DNA of 64,000 bases from an uncultured Desulfatitalea sp. (lineage in GTDB: Bacteria; Desulfobacterota; Desulfobacteria; Desulfobacterales; Desulfosarcinaceae): assembly GCA_963668675.2 (NCBI GenBank), contig CAXXMB010000002.1, positions 2,880,001 through 2,944,000 of the forward strand. Reading direction: 5' to 3'. The notes beneath the pieces are model-generated. The model made no database searches, had not been told where the DNA came from, and was given only the letters and a program-made list of their open reading frames with translations. Below, in pieces: positions 61,944-64,000 of this stretch (position 1 is the stretch's first letter; every line of letters starts with the position of its first letter). The position numbers and the translations under genes are program-made.

Positions 61944-62768
61944 TTAAATATCCAAGCCGTTTTGCTTAGGAATCGGGATACCGACAATCTTTTTGATCTC
62001 TTTCTTCCACCTGATTAACGGATTGCCATTGTGACGATCATATATAGCCTTGATGACCGAATCAGTCTGTCCACGGCGAATTCGTCTAATCTCTTTCTTC
62101 AAATTATTGTCTGCATACTTCTCTAATCGTCCCAGGTGGTTCATCGTGCCTATCCATATCGAATGGGTCAAATAGGGAGACAAATCGCTTATAAGTGCGT
62201 CTATGTTGGCAGAATCCAGCATCGGTTCTACGCTTACAGATGTCCTGAATCCTTGATCGAAAGTATATTTCAGGGATGCCTTGCGTTCACTATAACTTGG
62301 CGCACCTGGTTCCCAATACGAAAGAATCCGATCATCACAAGCGCCTATGGTAAAACGGAACAGGATCTGATGTTTGTATGGCTCGAATTTTTTACAAATT
62401 TCCCGGATGCAATCGTAATGCGGCTTACTCACTATCAACACTTGATTGCCGACTTTGAGCAACTTTTCAAGAACTGTCATGCATTCTTTCAGGATATCCG
62501 GCGTGATATCATGTGTTGAGGGAAACATGATTTGACCATCGATCTTTTTGTAAGCCTTATCGACATCTTTTTGCCGTAATCGCTCGAGGGACCACTCTTC
62601 AGGTTTAAACCGCTTGTAACGATGAGTTGCATCCTCCTTGGCATAGCAGTATTTGCAATCATGAGAACAACCGTTACAGCAATTTACGCTCTTTACCGAC
62701 CATTCCTTAGTGCCGTGCGCCGCTTTAGATAGATCTTTCTTTTGCTGTTTAACATTTTTACTAATCAT
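61944..62768 (-). CDS. Radical SAM protein (SPL-like / phage Gp37-Gp68-like)
   Basis: GCSHDCKYCYA (CxxxCxxC), SVSVEPML. Confidence 0.8.
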   Translation of the reverse strand: MISKNVKQQKKDLSKAAHGTKEWSVKSVNCCNGCSHDCKYCYAKEDATHRYKRFKPEEWSLERLRQKDVDKAYKKIDGQIMFPSTHDITPDILKECMTVLEKLLKVGNQVLIVSKPHYDCIREICKKFEPYKHQILFRFTIGACDDRILSYWEPGAPSYSERKASLKYTFDQGFRTSVSVEPMLDSANIDALISDLSPYLTHSIWIGTMNHLGRLEKYADNNLKKEIRRIRRGQTDSVIKAIYDRHNGNPLIRWKKEIKKIVGIPIPKQNGLDI

Positions 62769-62804
62769 AATTACTACCTCCTAAAAAAGTTTTATTTTAA
62801 AATT

Positions 62805-62840
62805 GAAAAGGTCAACCCCGTAGTGAGGATTGACCCCTTC
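62805..62840 (-). terminator. Terminator-like hairpin
   Basis: Minus strand GAAGGGGTCAATCC-N8-GGGTTGACCTTTTC followed by a T-rich tract. Confidence 0.55.
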
Positions 62841-62919
62841 GACTTAACCCACATGGGCTCAATTCCAAGTTTTAACAGTTTAATCAGTAACCGCTAAAAA
62901 TCGAAAAATGTTTAAATGT

Positions 62920-64000
62920 TTAAATTTTCTCAACCTCACCGGTTAGAGGATTAACCACCAGCACATCTTTGCCTTCATATATCGGGTCCTGGATTGTACT
63001 GGGAGCAGGTAGTTCAATGGCGTCGCTTAAAGACATAGTAGTAATGTAGTAGCCATATTGTTTGCGTTTCGGAGGCTTGGCACGCTCCAACACCCCTAAT
63101 TTCGTGAGAGCAACAAGATCATTGCTAACGCTTGATAAAGAAAAATCGAAATCGGAACTGTTTATAATCTCAAAAACTTTCTCGCGCGTAGCCCAATATC
63201 CATAATGCTGAGCAAGGGTAGACAGCCTTTCTACATCATCATCCCTTTTCAACATGGCTTCACTCATCTTGCCCATATTGATGGCCTTGACTGTTTTAAA
63301 GACCTTTTTTTCACGATCGGTAAAACGGTTTGAACCAGTAATGAGGATGCCATCCAATAGTAGTCGGGCCATTTGATATTCGACCTTCGATGCAATTATC
63401 GGCTCGTTAGGCGTCGGCGACACATCTTTTTCGAGACCCGTATCGCGCATCCAGCGACTGATCTCATCTTCATCCGTACCAAACATTATAGCGCCAAGTT
63501 CCGCCATTTTTACCTTGGGGGGATTACTGATGAGTGCACAGATGGAAATCAGGTTTTTAAGAATCGTCAATTTTTCAGCGGCATGATCACAACCACTTTC
63601 AATAATGGCGGTTGCCAGTTGATGTTCGTAGGGAATAACCACCGTCTTTGACTTTAGCCTCTGAAATGATTTTCGGATCTTAAATAATGGTGAATAAACC
63701 AACCCGTATCGTTCGAATACGTCAGTCATGCAGGGCAATATGATGCCCGGATTGGTGCCGACAGGAATTGTTAGCACTGAAGGGAGGCTTAAGCCTTTAC
63801 CTGGTTTGCCGCCATTAATGCCGAGCACTGATATGTGCATCTCCGATCGATGTTCGGACAGGTCAACTTTGTATTTTCCTTTTGCGACATCCTGCCGAAT
63901 TGTATGGCCACGGGTGAGAACCAATTCCAGGTCCCGAGAAACCTTGCTAAAACCATTTTCGGCTGGACTAATGATGCACCTGCCGTCAAGTCGTCTTCCA
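62920..64000 (-). CDS. Hypothetical protein with C-terminal wHTH-like region (5' end beyond the window)
   Basis: The frame stays open from the right edge (GRRLDGRCIISPAENGFSKVSRDLELVLTRG...) to 62920. Confidence 0.7.
   Translation of the reverse strand, partial: GRRLDGRCIISPAENGFSKVSRDLELVLTRGHTIRQDVAKGKYKVDLSEHRSEMHISVLGINGGKPGKGLSLPSVLTIPVGTNPGIILPCMTDVFERYGLVYSPLFKIRKSFQRLKSKTVVIPYEHQLATAIIESGCDHAAEKLTILKNLISICALISNPPKVKMAELGAIMFGTDEDEISRWMRDTGLEKDVSPTPNEPIIASKVEYQMARLLLDGILITGSNRFTDREKKVFKTVKAINMGKMSEAMLKRDDDVERLSTLAQHYGYWATREKVFEIINSSDFDFSLSSVSNDLVALTKLGVLERAKPPKRKQYGYYITTMSLSDAIELPAPSTIQDPIYEGKDVLVVNPLTGEVEKI

Overview
Bacterial DNA in three blocks; the gene content suggests an anaerobic deltaproteobacterium such as Desulfobacterales (inference). 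(1) 1-5.3 kb is a heap of mobile-element debris: a CsoR pseudogene, an HU/IHF gene, an IS66 fragment, and a RIT-type tyrosine recombinase remnant split by an IS1595 that itself contains an intact IS66. (2) 5.5-33.9 kb is an acyl-CoA catabolic region: an AT-rich TetR-regulated beta-oxidation cluster with a Liv-type ABC transporter, two crotonases, an SDR and a methylacyl-CoA racemase, then GC-rich icmF, acyl-CoA dehydrogenase, HSD10-like SDR and TetR genes. It is interrupted by IS630, IS1182, IS4 and a second IS1595. (3) 34.1-64 kb is part of a large integrated or plasmid-like element. It carries a minus-strand DNA-processing operon (SSB, SWIM-fused annealase-like protein, Cas4/AddB-like nuclease, UvrD, two degenerate BglII-like proteins, DUF932) with long structured intergenic regions, an oppositely oriented defence island (SNF2 helicase, DUF4391, type III Mod/Res, dGTPase, orphan STAND-like NTPase) bracketed by a repeated motif, and an iteron replicon (Rep, 3x21-bp iterons, PrimPol-DnaB fusion, RHH). 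No tRNA, rRNA, CRISPR array, intact integrase or relaxase was seen. All family calls come from motifs recognised by eye, not from database searches.
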